Assembly (NCBI GenBank): GCA_951406725.2
Contig: OX597825.1
Span: forward strand, 83,514,001 to 83,578,000
DNA: 64,000 nucleotides
Origin: Octopus vulgaris
Taxonomy: Eukaryota
Reading direction: 5' to 3'
Below, piece after piece: positions 13,031 to 27,579 of the stretch. The stretch's first letter is position 1. The number at the start of each line of letters is the position of its first letter. Below the pieces are notes generated by a model. It was not told where the DNA came from and searched no databases. It worked only from the letters and a program-made list of their open reading frames with translations. Position numbers and translations under genes: made by a program.

Positions 13031-13391
13031 ACGAACACACACACAAACACGTACATGTATGTGTGTGTGTTATTCTTTAACAAGAATATCATTTGACGTT
13101 TTTCCCGCTAATTACCTGCGGATTGACCGACGGTGGCTTTGATGGCCGACATTTTGAATTATAATATGCTTTGAAAATGTTTTGATTGGTAGTGTCAAGT
13201 GACACTTTTTAGCGCCATTCGTTAAGGCTGACACGGTTGAGTGAGCGAGTCTAGTGGTAGAACGAAAGAATCAATGCTTTGAATGTTTTCTGTCAGGTGT
13301 TGTGGAGAATGAACACGTGATTAAGTTTAGAACATTGAATAAGTTTCCCGCTACGTCCGTGCGTTAGTTTTCGTGGCTGTATATTTTGCGC

Positions 13392-13607
13392 CTAAATTGA
13401 GTGCAGCTCCTCAATCTCCACACGAGACATAGCTCCAGTTTTGTCAGCCGGTTTGTCAGCATCGCAGGAACCGAACGATTGAGGGGTCACCTCGAGAGGA
13501 TTTTCAGAAAATTGTCCATGGTACCGATCAAATAAGTCGAACTCGGTTCTATATTTTTCGGAAATGGTCTTCAGCACCATTCGGCTGTGATTGTAGTCAT
13601 CATGTCT
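13392..13607 (-). CDS. Candidate terminal coding exon of unknown protein
   Basis: Unique, GC-elevated sequence; open frame HDDYNHSRMVLKTISEKYRTEFDLFDRY...EIEELHSI* following a CAG. Weak polypyrimidine tract and no recognised domain. Confidence 0.25.
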   Translation of the reverse strand, partial: RHDDYNHSRMVLKTISEKYRTEFDLFDRYHGQFSENPLEVTPQSFGSCDADKPADKTGAMSRVEIEELHSI

Positions 13608-14049
13608 GTTTTATAATTCTATATTTACATATTATCTCATCAAAATACAGTAAATAGCAATCATTTGCCAGGTGTGAAAATAGCGTTCTGAAATTGTAAA
13701 CTTGGTGAGTAAATTATTACAAACTAAGAATTATACACGCACACATATATCTATACACAAAACATATACATGTATTTATATATAAATGTATAGGTGTGTG
13801 TATGTGTGTGTGTTTGTGTGTGTATTTATATATAATATATATACACACGCACACACACATATATACATACTTACATACATATATGTGTATATGTATGTAT
13901 ATATATATATACATACATACACACAGTCACACATATGTATATATGTATGTATGTATATATTTATATATATATATGACTGTATCGCATACTCGATATATCA
14001 TATGTATATACATATACACATATATGAATACAAACACGCACGCACACAC

Positions 14050-14340
<291 letters not shown>

Positions 14341-14601
14341 ATGGTTGCTGATGTCTGGCTGAAATGTTTTCGCTTCTTTCTCTTTTGATTTCTCCAATCA
14401 GAATGTAGGCAACAACCAGTACCGTTATCACCTGTCTTTATCAAAATACATTATTATTTTATCATAATACCTATATTTGTTTCATTTCTCACAGAATAGA
14501 TAACGACATATCTACATCACTGTTTCTCTTTTATTTTTGCTGCAGTTGATACAATTCCCATCTTATTAACGAAACCCCCGTCCACCACTCGCACCACCCA
14601 A

Positions 14602-14636
<35 letters not shown>

Positions 14637-14872
14637 AAAAAAAGCAAGTACGAAAAAGCTAGGTACACTTTTTATTTTTAATGTAGCAGATAGAGATATT
14701 TTGTAAAACATTACTCTCGATAGTGCAAGAACAGTTAAATTATGAATGATTTTTTTAAAGAGTAATTGTATCGTTCGTCTTCTTTTGTTGGTGCGTTTGG
14801 GAAGGAAACCAAATTGTTAATTTTACTTATTTATAAGACTAAGACGTTTCTCTTTTCACATTGCTTACACAC

Positions 14873-15500
14873 TTCTTCTTCTTTTTCTTCTTCTTCTTCT
14901 TCTTCTTCTTCTTCTTCTTCTTCTTCTTCTCTTCCCCTTCTCCTTCTTCTTCTCCTTCTCCTTCTTCGTCTTCTTCTCTTCCCCTTCTCCTTCTTCTTCC
15001 TTTTCTCCTTCTTCTTCTTCTCTTTCTTCTTCTTTTTCTTCTCTCCCCTCTTCCCCTTCTTCTTCTTCGCCTTCTTCTTCTCTTCCCCTTCTCCTTCTTC
15101 TTCTTTTTCTTCCTTTTCTCCTTCTTCTTCTTCTCCTCCTCCTCCTCCACCCCCTCCTCCACCCCCTCCACCCCTCCTCCACCACCTCCACCCCCACCTC
15201 CACCCCCTCCACCCCCTCCTCCACCCCCTCCACCCCCTCCTCCACCCTCCTGCTATTATTGCCCCTTCTACTTATTTCTCACTATAAAACTAGATTCTCA
15301 TTTGTTTTTGTTCGTTGAAATCCCCCCCTCCCCATCATCCTCACCATCACCATCACCATCATCATAGTCGTCGTCCTCATCAACTTTTATTTTCCTTCTT
15401 CTTTTTCTTCTTCTTCTTCTTCTTCTCTTCTTCTTCTTCTTCTTCTTCTTCTCCCACTGCTCTCCTTCTCCCGCTTCGTTTTTTTCTCCGTCTTCTTCTG
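14873..15500. repeat. Polypyrimidine (TTC/CCT/CCA)n low-complexity block
   Basis: Direct observation; CCACCCCCT(CCT) repeats at 15147-15250. Confidence 0.95.
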
Positions 15501-15723
15501 CACAACGCATTCACAAGGTTCTGAGAAATAGTGTTAAAAGTGAATATTAACCAATGAAATATATTCAAAAAGAAGTAGAAAAAAAAACTGACAGAGATTC
15601 TGTTGTTATGCTTTTTATCTTTGCCAAGTTTTCAAAATTTTTTCAGACTTATACATACCACACTTCAGTATTCCATTCCGAGTCATTCAATATTCGATAT
15701 TATCAAACCGTTTAAATATGAAA

Positions 15724-15930
15724 TCTATATATATAAAGCTGAAGTTGTCTGTGTATTGCATGTTTGGTAGCCTTAAAAGAACACTGTGACCTCCGAGACC
15801 TTGCGGCGCAAGTTGGCCAAAATTGAGAGTATGATAGAAGGCTTGTTCTTCCTCCCGTAGAAGAAAAAATTCAAATCGGACCATGTTAACACCAAAAATT
15901 ATTTACATCAAAAAGGAGAATAAGTCTCAT
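15724..15930 (+). mobile_element. Probable non-autonomous Helitron 5' end
   Basis: Begins A|TCTATATATATAAAGCTGAAGTTGTCTGTGT, the typical Helitron 5'-TC start after an A; no 3' hairpin or CTAG located. Confidence 0.45.
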
Positions 15931-16049
15931 ACTAAAAACTGAACTAAACTCGAAAAATAGAATCAAAGACATTGGACCCCTGGTACTTCCAGTAGTCCGA
16001 AAAAGAAAATACTTCCAGTAGTCCGAAAAAGAAGATACTAAAAGAAAAT

Positions 16050-16465
16050 ACTTTTAGATTAATAGATATGTCCTCACTGATAAAAATATATCTATAAAGG
16101 AACTTGACAAATTAAGTAAATACATTGACCTGGAAATTGAAATGCAAAAGATGTTTTTGTTATTGTAGGTGCAGTAGGTATGATAAGAAAAGGGATTTCA
16201 GAAATATAGTTATGATCCCAGGAGAACCATGTTTCTCAGAAATCCAAAAAATCGTTGCGACAAGTACTACCCACGTCCTTAGAAAAACCCCACATAGTTA
16301 AATGCCTGTATTGTATTACATGAAGATATTTCGCTACCATGCCTGCCACTTCCCCACTTCACTCTTTCAGTCATAATGTAATATCTCTTAACCTTCACTC
16401 GGCCCAAGACACTGGCAAATGACTGTAACAAACATGCATATTAAAAGTAAAATAAATAATAATAA
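16050..16465 (+). pseudogene. Old R4/Dong-clade LINE 3' end
   Basis: DKNISIKELDKLSKYIDLEIEMQKM, VIVGAVGMIRKG, IPGEPCFSEIQKIVATSTTHVLRK; the 3' UTR ends in TAATAATAA. Confidence 0.85.
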
Positions 16466-17745
16466 CAGTAATAACCGTTAATAAGGAGAGACACACGAAT
16501 ATGAAAGAAGAAAGCAAAGGACCACTGATGCAGTCACAGAAGTGTGACGAAAGTACTCTGTCTGAAGAAAATTAACACCAAATATATAGTGCGTGTGTCT
16601 TTATTGGCTAAACTAGCAAAATGACTATTTCTAAACAACATCTGTTTCAACACACGATTTCACATCAAGAATCTTGCAAAACAAATGTATAACCGTAAGT
16701 GTAATACTACTTTCTGATATAGGTACAACGGTTGTAGGAATAAGTTGATTACATCGACAGTAGTACTCAACTTGTACTCAATTTATCAACCCCGAAACGA
16801 TGAAAGGCAAAGATGCTAATGAAAATGACAATAATAATAATAATGACTGCCTTGATGCAGTCCCAGGCAGTGACTCTCATAGCTTCTGATTTCAACTGAT
16901 TGGAATGATACAACTGCTGGGCTACGGCAAATATTCTGCACCATACCACAAAAGTTTCTTGGCAGTTGCTTGACCTTAACCAGAGAAGCATGTCTCTTGG
17001 TGGCTGAGAGTATGTGCCTTTCTGTTTACGAGCGGGAGTAATGAAAGAGCATCATAGCAATGTGTTGAGACGAATTTCTCTAGAGCTTGAATAACTCAGC
17101 CCTGGAAACATGGTTCTTTTGTTCATCTTAAATAATCCTCGTTCAGGGATCTTTTGTATGTATAGTATATATATGTATAAAATCAATTTGAAAAGACAAG
17201 GCACGTTTTCCTTGAGGTAACGAAAAGTACTGCTATAAAACACATGTGAATAGATAAATAAATATTTTATATCTTCTTAAGAAAATATTTATAATATTTA
17301 TTCTGTAACTCGGAATGCAACCTATATTTTAACCTCGTTTAATGCAAAATGTCAGTTATTGAACGTTTCAACGCAACAGATGAATTTTAATCGGCCTTAA
17401 CGCGTATATCATACTTTTGGTTGAGAGGACAATGGAATCGCTTCATTTACAGATATATGTCCAGACTAAAGCAGTCTATGTCGTTGTAGAATTTCTATTC
17501 ATATGTCAAGTGTATATTTATTTCCACTAATTATCGTATCGCTGGTGGATTTATACAAATGACGACAGTAGAGAAATTACAATACGTGGCTGGAAATCGA
17601 CATTTAAGATTCACATTCCGCAAACACATATAAAAGATGCATATATACACACTCACATACGTCGACACAAACACACACATACAGACAAATTCATACATAT
17701 TTATATGTATATATTTGTGTATGTGTGTATGTGTGTATACGTGTG

Positions 17746-17995
17746 TGGAGACGCGTGGCTTAGTGGTTAGGGTGTCAGCATCATTATCGTAAGATTGTGG
17801 TTACGATTCCTGGACCGAGCGGGACATTGTGTTCTTGAGCAAAAGACTTCATTTCTCTTTGCTCCAGTCCACTCAGCTGGCAAAAATGAGTAACGCTGTG
17901 ATGGACTGGCGTCCCGTCCAGCTTGGGAACACATACGCCATATAAACCGGGAAACCGGGCCCATAAGCCTGGCTAGAGTTTAAAAAGGGCGCATT
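17746..17995 (+). mobile_element. SINE family C head and core with an alternative 3' tail
   Basis: GCGTGGCTTAGTGGTTAGGG...GGTTACGATTCC...TGTGTTCTTGAGCAAAAGAC...GCTCCAGTCCACTCAGCTGGCAAAAATGAGTA, then GATGGACTGGCGTCCCGTCCAG. Confidence 0.85.
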
Positions 17996-18006
17996 TATTT
18001 TATATA

Positions 18007-18099
<93 letters not shown>

Positions 18100-18924
18100 C
18101 ATACATATATATATATATGCATATATATATATACATATATATATGTACATACATACATATATATACATACATACATATATATATACATACATATATATAT
18201 ACATATATATATATATACATACATATATATATATATATATACATACATACATACATATATATATATATACATATATATACAAATATAAATAAATATTTGT
18301 GTGTATGTGTGTGTGTGTGCGTGTGTAGCAAAAACACAGGAAAACGGTCGAGCACAAACAGATCGTATTTGACTGGCCTTTAAAATAGCATACTTTTTAA
18401 CTGTGGCCGTATATATACAAACACTTGCATTGATTTTCTCGCAGTAGAAAAAGAAAGAAGTATTCCGAAAAATATTGTAATCTGTACGTAAATTTGAAAT
18501 TAGGTTCACTAATCTCTCTCTCTCCCTCTCTCTCTCTTCTTCTCTCTCCTCCACTTCATCGCTTCTGTCTCTCTCTCTCTCCCTTTGTGTAGTACACACT
18601 CCGTCTCTTTCTCTCTTCCCTCTGTCTGTCTGCCTCTCTCTCTCTTTCGCTCTGATATTTGTGTCTTTTTGTTGACATCTAATATACTAGAATGCCTTCA
18701 TTTTAAATGTCGTGTTATTAATTCAATAACATAGCCTTGTTTACTACTTACTGAAGATATTCAGCCATATTGATACAGTAACTATATTAAATAATAGGGA
18801 GTATACCATTGAAACGATATCGTTGAAAGTTTAATTAAATTTTATTTACTTAATCCATAAAGTTTAGAAAAAATTCTTTCGTTTCACATTCGACACCGTG
18901 ACAATAAATTTGGCTTGCTTTTCA

Positions 18925-19490
18925 GGAATGCCAAAGGATTTCAAGAGCCAGCGATCGGTAAAGAAAATCATGTGACTGTTCTTGGGGGTGGGTGGCATGA
19001 AAAAGAGAGTCTCGCTTCTTATTAATCAGGAATGCAAATATAATGAAAACTGAGTTTGCATCCTCAAAAATTTTAGAGGTCTTAATGGGAGGAAGGTACC
19101 GAACACAAATTTTAAAAGGGTCCATATTTATCAAAGAAATGCACTTTAGTAACAAACTAGGCAATCTTCAAATTGCATTGGTCAGTGGTCACCGATCCAC
19201 AACAGAGTCCAGATCTGTCACAACAACTCTTTGTGGACAAATATTTGATAACAAAGACGAAGTGGAATTGATTGTGATGAAGTGAATAAAAAGAAACAAT
19301 GCAGAGCTGGATTTTTTCAATGACGATTCGAGAGTCGGTGGGGGTCAACGAATGCACAAAAATGTATCGATTGCGAAGGAGACAATAATGATTAGTCGTA
19401 TAGTTGTATTTTTGTGCAGGGGGGAAAATTCTATAATAAAGTGCTATTTGAACTAGTTACATAACTTAATAGAAGGGTTAAGCCTATTTA
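18925..19490 (+). pseudogene. Decayed mariner transposase (catalytic and C-terminal part) with 3' end
   Basis: PKDFKSQRSVKKIM.TV (cf. PKKFK..RSAGKIMATVFW), LHWSVVTDPQQSPDLS (cf. WEVLPHPPYSPDLAP), LCGQIFDNKDEVE, QKCIDCEGD. Confidence 0.8.
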
Positions 19491-19589
19491 TTCCTACAAT
19501 TGCTTTCTCTTGTTAAAACTGTCTTATACATTCTTGTATGTGTGTGCAGTGGGGTGCATGTGCATATATCTATAGACACACACATATAC

Positions 19590-19640
<51 letters not shown>

Positions 19641-19764
19641 AAATAGTAAAGGGTTACTCCAAACATTTACTGGTGTGTAGGTCTAAGTAAAGCTGTATAT
19701 ATTAAAATAATTAATGGTAATGCTATATTACTTTGGAATAAACCTTGTTATTATTATTGTTGAT

Positions 19765-19880
<116 letters not shown>

Positions 19881-20842
19881 GACATATATATATATATAAT
19901 CAGCAAGTAAACAGTATCCTTCAATACTTTTGTCTTTTGCTGTCAGCGTGTGACAAATAAATGACAACATGGCCTTAAAATATTTTACCACTTTAGACAG
20001 AATAAGAGTGCAGTATCTAAAGGCGAATATTTATCTCACAAATAGATACATGTGTGCGTGCTCCTACGCATACCTGTATATGTATATATATAAAATGTGC
20101 ATACGCGCGGGTGTGTGTGTGTGTGAGTGTGTGTTTCCATTTTCAATACATATCATTGCACATGCGCTATGCATAAACGATATTCAATTACAGACATCCA
20201 CAATCATGCACACATAAGCAGAAACTTTTGCTGTGAATCTTCGTTATAGTAATATAATTGCCATCATGTATGAAAAAGCTGTCTACTTTGCTTAAAGGTC
20301 TCAAACCACCCAACAATGCATGGCAAATTTTTCCTTTTTCACTCGCCTCAACAATAGTAGAGATACAATTACAGTGCTTCACTTCTGCTGTCCAATTATT
20401 GAATTAATTGGCCAATTACGTTTACGACAACACATTTTGGTTAAGATTCAAACTGAAGTATTACCAAATGTATTCGTTACGAATAATTTGGGAAATTTAG
20501 AAGCAAACCCCACAAAATGACTTTATATAGGTACGTAAAGTTTCCTTCTTGTCGTGAACGACAATGGGATTGCACTTAGAACGTTCCTCTCCGAGGTACA
20601 ATTCCGGAGATAGTTGTTTATGGAAGACCAGTGGTTACCTATGCATACCTGTTTCCCATCTCCATGTCACCGATGTTGTGCAAAAAACAAAAAGGCAACC
20701 GGCGATATACATCTTGGCACCAGAAGCGTGGCAAGTTATTATCCACAATTTACTGAACTGGATTGACGTGAAATAAAATGATTTGCTCAAGAACGTAATA
20801 TGCAACCCGGTCCAGGAATCTAACTCACAACCAATGGGCCAT

Positions 20843-21030
20843 GAACTGGATTTATTCAATGACGATTCGATAGTTTCTGGGGATCAACGAATGCGCAAAA
20901 ATGTATCAATTGCGAAGGAGACAATAACGAGTAGTCATACAGTTGTATTTTGTGTGCAGAAGGGAAAATTCTATTAGAAGGTGATATTTGAACGAGTTAC
21001 ATCACTTAATAGAAGGATTAAGCCTATTTA
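20843..21030 (+). mobile_element. Second copy of the mariner 3' end
   Basis: Aligns to 19303-19490 (CTGGATTT.TTCAATGACGATTCG...TTAAGCCTATTTA), roughly 80% identity by eye. Confidence 0.8.
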
Positions 21031-21581
21031 TACGTACGTTTGCATTTCTATACAGATACATACATATAAATACATATGCACACATAAATAAATACATAAA
21101 TATAAATATATACGCAAAAATAAAAAAATTAATTAATTGTTTTTGCTAATTGCAGTTTCACAAGTGCGTTCATGGTGGGGCACCGTTGCTAGCTCTGCTA
21201 CATTTCAATATTTGAAAGGTCATCTGATGCATCGCTTTTGGGGAATGAGAGAGTTTGATGTTGCTGTAGTATTTTCCGTTTCCAGCCGCCCCTCTTGACT
21301 AGAGGAAATCCAGATTTATTTTGAAGACAGCTACATCCACCCCAAGTCTCTCGTTATTGGAAAGCTGTGATCTCTTGAGACCCAAGAAGTTGTACTTTCT
21401 ATTTCTCTAACCTTCCTTCTCTCTTTTCATCTTCTTGTCTAATCTTTCTTTCAGTGAAAACGTGAATCCTCGAGACCTAACAGGCATTTCCCTTTTTCCC
21501 CATTTCGTCTGTGCCAACTAAATTCACTCTATTTACATTATTTACATTCGACGGACATTTGTTCTCATCTTGTTTGTTGTT

Positions 21582-21627
21582 AACACAACGTTTCGGCTGA
21601 TATACCCTCCAGCCTTCTTCAGGTGTC
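21582..21627 (-). ncRNA. Minimal type I hammerhead ribozyme, intact core, within a Penelope-like terminal repeat (21530-21660)
   Basis: GACAC-CUGAAGA-A-GGCUGG(AGGGUAUA)UCAGCC-GAAA-CG-UU^GUGUU. Stem I GACAC/GUGUU, 6-bp stem II closed by G-C, palindromic ACGU stem III. Confidence 0.75.
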
Positions 21628-22637
21628 TTGCGGAAATTTTAAACATGGGTTCTCATTCGGTTTCCTTTTTTATTTTATCTGTATCTATTATATTATTATT
21701 CCGAGCTTTTGCTAAAACTTTATTATAAAACACTGGTGTCAACACTTGACAGATGGCCAGCAATTTCATGGGCAAAGTGCAAGTCGATATCGTTGACCCT
21801 GTGTTAATTTGATACTTATTTTATCGATCCCGAAAGGATAATAGTCAAGGGAGACCCTCGTAGCAATTGAACACCGAGCGTAAAGATAAGCGAAACGCGG
21901 ATTAGCGTTTTACCCTGTATGCTACGAATTCTGCCAACCCATCGCTTTAGATATTATACATCACATTAAACGTAATATTAAAAGGCATATATCGCCTGTC
22001 ACATTAAAATGCTATAAAATCCTACGCGAAATATCGCTATTTAGCATTAATTCTTTAACATCCTTAATCTATGTATATTTAAGGTGGAGGAACATCATCG
22101 AATATCAGTTTCGCTAAAACACAACATCTCGATACGAGACTCTGGGCGAGTACCACAAATACATAACCCACCGTATGTTTCTGATTAATATGCAGATTTA
22201 TTGGAAAATCCTGCAAAATATTTAGCTTGAGTTATACATTAATAATGCATAAGCCGTATTTGAAGAGTTAATTAAAATTCATAGATTAATCACATAAATA
22301 ATTTATTGCTATATATATTTTAAACTAATAAAATTCACCTGTGGAGGGAATATTTAAACGGTCCCTTCACCTACAGGAAAATATAAACAAATGCTCTTCA
22401 AAACACATCCGACAGGAAACATTTCATTTTTCAAGGAGAAATAAATTATGTCTGGAGAAATGTTAAGTATCAGGTTTTTTAGCCTCTCCATGGAGCACAA
22501 CTGTTTAACTGGGGTAGCTTTGTTATATGAAATTGTATTATATACATATATATGTACATATAAATGTGTGTATATATATACATATGCATACATATACATA
22601 TATATACATATACTTATATATACATATATATACACAT

Positions 22638-22671
<34 letters not shown>

Positions 22672-22673
22672 AG

Positions 22674-22727
<54 letters not shown>

Positions 22728-22731
22728 ATAC

Positions 22732-22775
<44 letters not shown>

Positions 22776-22839
22776 ACATATACATACATATATACATATA
22801 TATATACATACATATATACATATGTATATATATATATAT

Positions 22840-22893
<54 letters not shown>

Positions 22894-22909
22894 GCATGTG
22901 ATTGTATAT

Positions 22910-23120
22910 ATTTGTGTGTCTCTGTTTGTTCCCTCAACATCGTTTGACAACCGACGCTGGCCTGTCTACGTCCCCGTAACTTAGCGGTTCGGCAAAAGAA
23001 ACCGATAGAATAAGTAATTACAAAGAATAAGTCCTGGCGTCGATTTGTTCGACTAAAAGGCGTTGCTTCGGCATGGCCACAGTCAAATGACAGAAGCAAG
23101 TAAAAGAGTAAAAGATTATA
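22910..23120 (+). mobile_element. SINE family B, 3' half
   Basis: GTCCCCGTAACTTAGCGGTTCGGCAAAAGA...GCATGGCCACAGTCAAATGAC...GTAAAAGAGTAAAAGA. Confidence 0.88.
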
Positions 23121-24887
23121 GGGAATAGAGTAGATAAAAATCCAGTTTACATATGCTTCCTTGCTATTACAATCTCGCAAGTAATAATTACCCAAATAAG
23201 GGGTAATCCGCTAGCTACTCATTGGGCCAAAGACACCTTAGTCAAATGAAGGTTATGTTTTTGTCAAGGGATTCTATGTGAACTCGCGGAGGAATTAATT
23301 GAAAATGCGTGGAAAGTACAGTGAGAGAACAAAAGGTAAATTATTTTTATGAAGGAATAGAGAAAAAGGCTTCCCACCGTTTTTCGTCAATCAGTTCAAA
23401 TGTGAATCACGACTTTCATATGTTCGGTTTTATTGGCAACAGGAATATCCTTTCGTAACAGGTTTATATTCATTTCTTTTCATTCCCATGTCTTCCACGG
23501 AAAGCCTAAATAACATATATTCATTAGAAGCCGCAAGTCTGGACAAACTCCTCGCAAAAGGAGAAGAGCTCTTGGATTCATTATGTACCCCAATCGAATA
23601 AATTTTCCTCATGCTAAAACATTTGTAATCTCAATTTTATTCGAGTTCATATAAACGTTACGTCTACAGTTTCTAATTGCTGGAAGTCAAAACAATAAAA
23701 CTATAAAGAATAGGCTTAACAGGACAATCACATTTGTCCCCAATTCATCTGTAAGTGTTCACAAAAGTCGGAACATATAGTAATTGGGTCGAAGGATCGA
23801 GGTGTAAGAATTTATAAGCTTCTCGCCACACATTTTCGATCAAATCTGCCGTGAGTTAACATGGGATCCTAGACAACAACGTAAGCTGCAGTTGACTAAG
23901 GCATCGCTGGCATATAACTAAAAAAAGGGTGAGTGCGACATATGTAGTTAATAAGAATATATGTGTTTGTGTGTGTGCATGTAGTTTATCATTTCAGTAT
24001 ATCTGCGCATGTCTAGATATGCATGAGAATGCATTCCTACAACGGAATATACAAATCAGCAGCACATGCATTGACTGCAAATACTGCACATTTACACACG
24101 TATATGCAAAGATACTCTGTTGATGTTGAAATTTCAATGAAGGAACCTTGGACGAAGGGGAGAAAACATCTGTCTATTGGCAAGGAACTTTGAAATGAAA
24201 CTGGATAATACATACATACATACATACATACATACATACATACATACATACATACATACACACATACACACATACATACATATATACACATACATATACG
24301 TACATACATACGCACATACATACATACATACATACATACATACATACATACGCACATACATACATATATACACACATACATACATACGCATATACATACA
24401 TATATACATATATACATACATACATATATACATACATACATATATACCCATATACATACATACATTCTCTTCCTTCTATTAAATTCATTTGCCGGTTTTT
24501 TAGTTTGTTTTCTCACAATTTCAAACGTTCAAAGGACAGTGTTTATATTGCCTATATTATACCACATTCCATATTTTGCATGGCAGACAGATTTTTATTT
24601 TTATTTGTTAATCTCAAACCATAACTGGTATTCAATGTATATCTCTACTTGGCTGTTATTTGGTCGTATGTGATGATTTCCTTACCGAATTTTACTATAT
24701 ACTTTTGTCAAACACTGAGAGCCTTTAATATCAATCCTTTCTGTTAATCAGATACAACCTCTTGGTCAACACAAACTTCGTTAATTTCTTGGGATAATTA
24801 TATTATATTCGGTACGCGGCTCTGTTATGGATGCGGTATAGAGTTAGAATATTCCCTGTTGTATAGTGTAGTGTCAAAATATGCCTT

Positions 24888-25092
24888 TCTGCTAGAGGTA
24901 CAGCGCCTGATATTTGGGGGAGATGAGGGCTAGTCAATTACATCGACTCCCCCAGTGACTGACCGGCATTTATTTGGTCGTCCCTGAAAGGATGAAGGGC
25001 AAAGTCGACCTCAAGGGAATTTTAATTCTGTACTTAAGGAGGGACGAAATACCGCTAAGAATTTTGTCCGAAGTGATAACGATTTGAAGCCA
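24888..25092 (-). mobile_element. SINE family A, diverged
   Basis: GAAAGGATGAAGGGCAAAGTCGACCTC...GACGAAATACCGCTAAG. Confidence 0.8.
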
Positions 25093-25922
25093 TTATTATT
25101 ATGGTTATCATTATTATTATTTTTCTTATGAATATTATTTTTGATGATTGTTAGGAGGTGGGGAAGAGATGGAGAAAATGTGGAAGGAGGTGGAAGACGA
25201 GGAAGAGGAGATGAAAAAGAGGATATGGAGGAGAAGAAGGGTTGAAAGGAGGCGGTAGAATATGCGGAGGAAGTAAAAGAAGGAGAAAATGAAAATGAGA
25301 ATGAAAGAAGTATTCTGTATTTCCGACCTATTAATACTTCTGCTCTTCCACCGAAATTAGTATTAAAATAGCTAATAATTTCTGACCGTAGTACAAAGCC
25401 AAACGATTTAAAGAACGGTTCTAATCGGTAAAAATTAGATACCGGAACATGTGAGGAATCGGTGCATTCCCTTTATCGACGACTTCCATAGAACGAACTT
25501 AGTGCAATATCAACAGTTTTGAAATCAAAATGCAAATTAAATAAGTAATTAGTAGAAAGCTCTCTCAATTTGTCCATCTAATGCCTTTTATAATACGTAT
25601 AATAATATAAGTAAAGAATCCTGTTATGTTTTTAATTAGTTTTGCATAAATAGTATCTATAATAATTGGTCCATTTCTGTACTGTAATATGAAAGTGTCC
25701 TCCGATACATTGACCATACTATCACATCGTCCACGGGTCAGGGGGTTCCACATGAGTGAGTTACAAGATATGAATCTTTTTGATGGTCTTATCCCCGTCT
25801 AATAGATTCTAGTTGGTATTCATTAAAGCGTAGCGTTGGAAACATCTTTGGATTAGAGTGATACGTATACATACATATTTATGTATGGCTGTATGTATAC
25901 ATAAATACATACATATATATAC

Positions 25923-25982
<60 letters not shown>

Positions 25983-26045
25983 TCATACATATGCCAATAT
26001 ATATGCAGACACCCATATATATTTACATACATATGTAGATATATA

Positions 26046-26103
<58 letters not shown>

Positions 26104-27209
26104 CGTATATATATATATAAAAACACATATACATACACATATATATACATATGCACTTATGTGTGCATGACTAGTGTGTATGTGCTTCTATATCCATAAT
26201 CATGAATTCGTGAATATGTAAGTACATAGACAAACACATTTTTGTTATAATGTAAAGAAATTTTATTCATATATGCATATAATCGTTTACATATATAGTA
26301 GGCTAACACTCACACATACACACTCACACACACATAAAACACACACGCAAACACTCGCACATATATTATATATAAACACAAACGTTTATTCTATAATATA
26401 GCAGTAAAGAAAGGCATGACACAGATAAATTTCCTGTAAATAAGATACTATATATTTAATGAACAACCGACGACAGTATTGTTTCATAACATACTTGGGC
26501 AATCACCCTCCGTTATATGGAAAAAAAAAAACTCGAGTGGAATATTTTGTCTGATACTGAAAGTAGATCATGGTGCGAAGCCTAGATTAACTCTGTGGAC
26601 GGAGTGTCTTAGTACATTTTATGGTAAGTAAATTCAAATATATTAGTCCACTTTAAGGAAAGTATACGACTAAATCCTTTGGTATAATACCAGTTCGATA
26701 GAGCGCAGATTGTGACATTGATAAATGATCTAAGAAAGTATTGTCCACGAAATGTATTAAAATAAAATTATTACAGGTCATTCGGTCAAAGTGAATCTAT
26801 ACATATTTTCCAATATCGATCGAGATGCAAACAAACGACCTAGTCATTTAATATAAAGACTATTTGACAAATTGGTTGTACAATTGTAACTTGTAAGTTA
26901 TATTATTAATGCGAAGCCCAACTAACATACACGCCATTATGCTAGGAGACATTAATTCTCATTTTCTTCAAGTTATTTCCCCCTTTTCTTTCAGAGTTAC
27001 TAATAACTGACGCTAGGGTTTTATGAAATGTTTTTTTTTTCATTCCTACCATAATGGAGATTTTAATAAATTAGTATTTACTGAGGAGTATTAAGTACAT
27101 CATTGTTTAACGTAGTACAGTGTTGAATGGAATTATTACGAGTGATATTTTAGCAACATTTTAACTGTTACTATCCTAAGGTAGATTTAATTTGAAGATG
27201 GCTCAAAAA

Positions 27210-27535
27210 GTGCGTAACTGGTACTTAATTTATCGAGCCCGAAAGGATGAAAGGTAAAGTCGACCTCGGCGGAATTTGAACCCAGAACGTAAAGGCAGAC
27301 GAAATACCTATTTCTTTACTACCCATAAGGGGCTAAACACAGAGGGGACAAACAAAGACAGACATAGGTATTAAGTCGATGACATCGACTCCAGTGCGTA
27401 GCTGGTACTTATTTAATCGAGCCCGAAAGGATGAAAGGCAAATCGACCTCGGTGGAATTTGAACTCAGAACGTTGCAGCAGACGAAATACCGCTAAGCAT
27501 TTCGATGGCATAGAAACATTTCTGCCAGCTCGCCA
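27210..27535 (-). mobile_element. SINE family A dimer
   Basis: Head at 27480-27535; second body unit joined at GAAATAC|CTATTTC (~27307). Confidence 0.9.
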
Positions 27536-27579
27536 CAATCATAACTGAGATGGCTTTTTGAAAAGAATGGTATACACTT

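Noticed and set aside
14766-15524. Pro/Ser/Glu/Arg-rich ORFs
   Set aside because: Low-complexity triplet repeats open in several frames on both strands.
17873-18599. Long ORFs rich in YI/CV/TH repeats (also 13.7-14.4, 22.4-23.2, 39.4-40.0, 47.1-47.6 and 55.7-57.0 kb)
   Set aside because: Stop-free translations of (TA)n, (TG)n, (TACA)n and (GATA)n microsatellites; not genes.
20230-20730. Coding-looking unique sequence between the mariner fragments
   Set aside because: Stops in the frames examined and only a vague Tc1-like resemblance; unsupported without BLASTX.
21150-21400. Possible RTE-type C-terminal zinc finger on the minus strand (KCSRAS...HHERTC)
   Set aside because: Needs several frameshifts; too degraded to call by eye.
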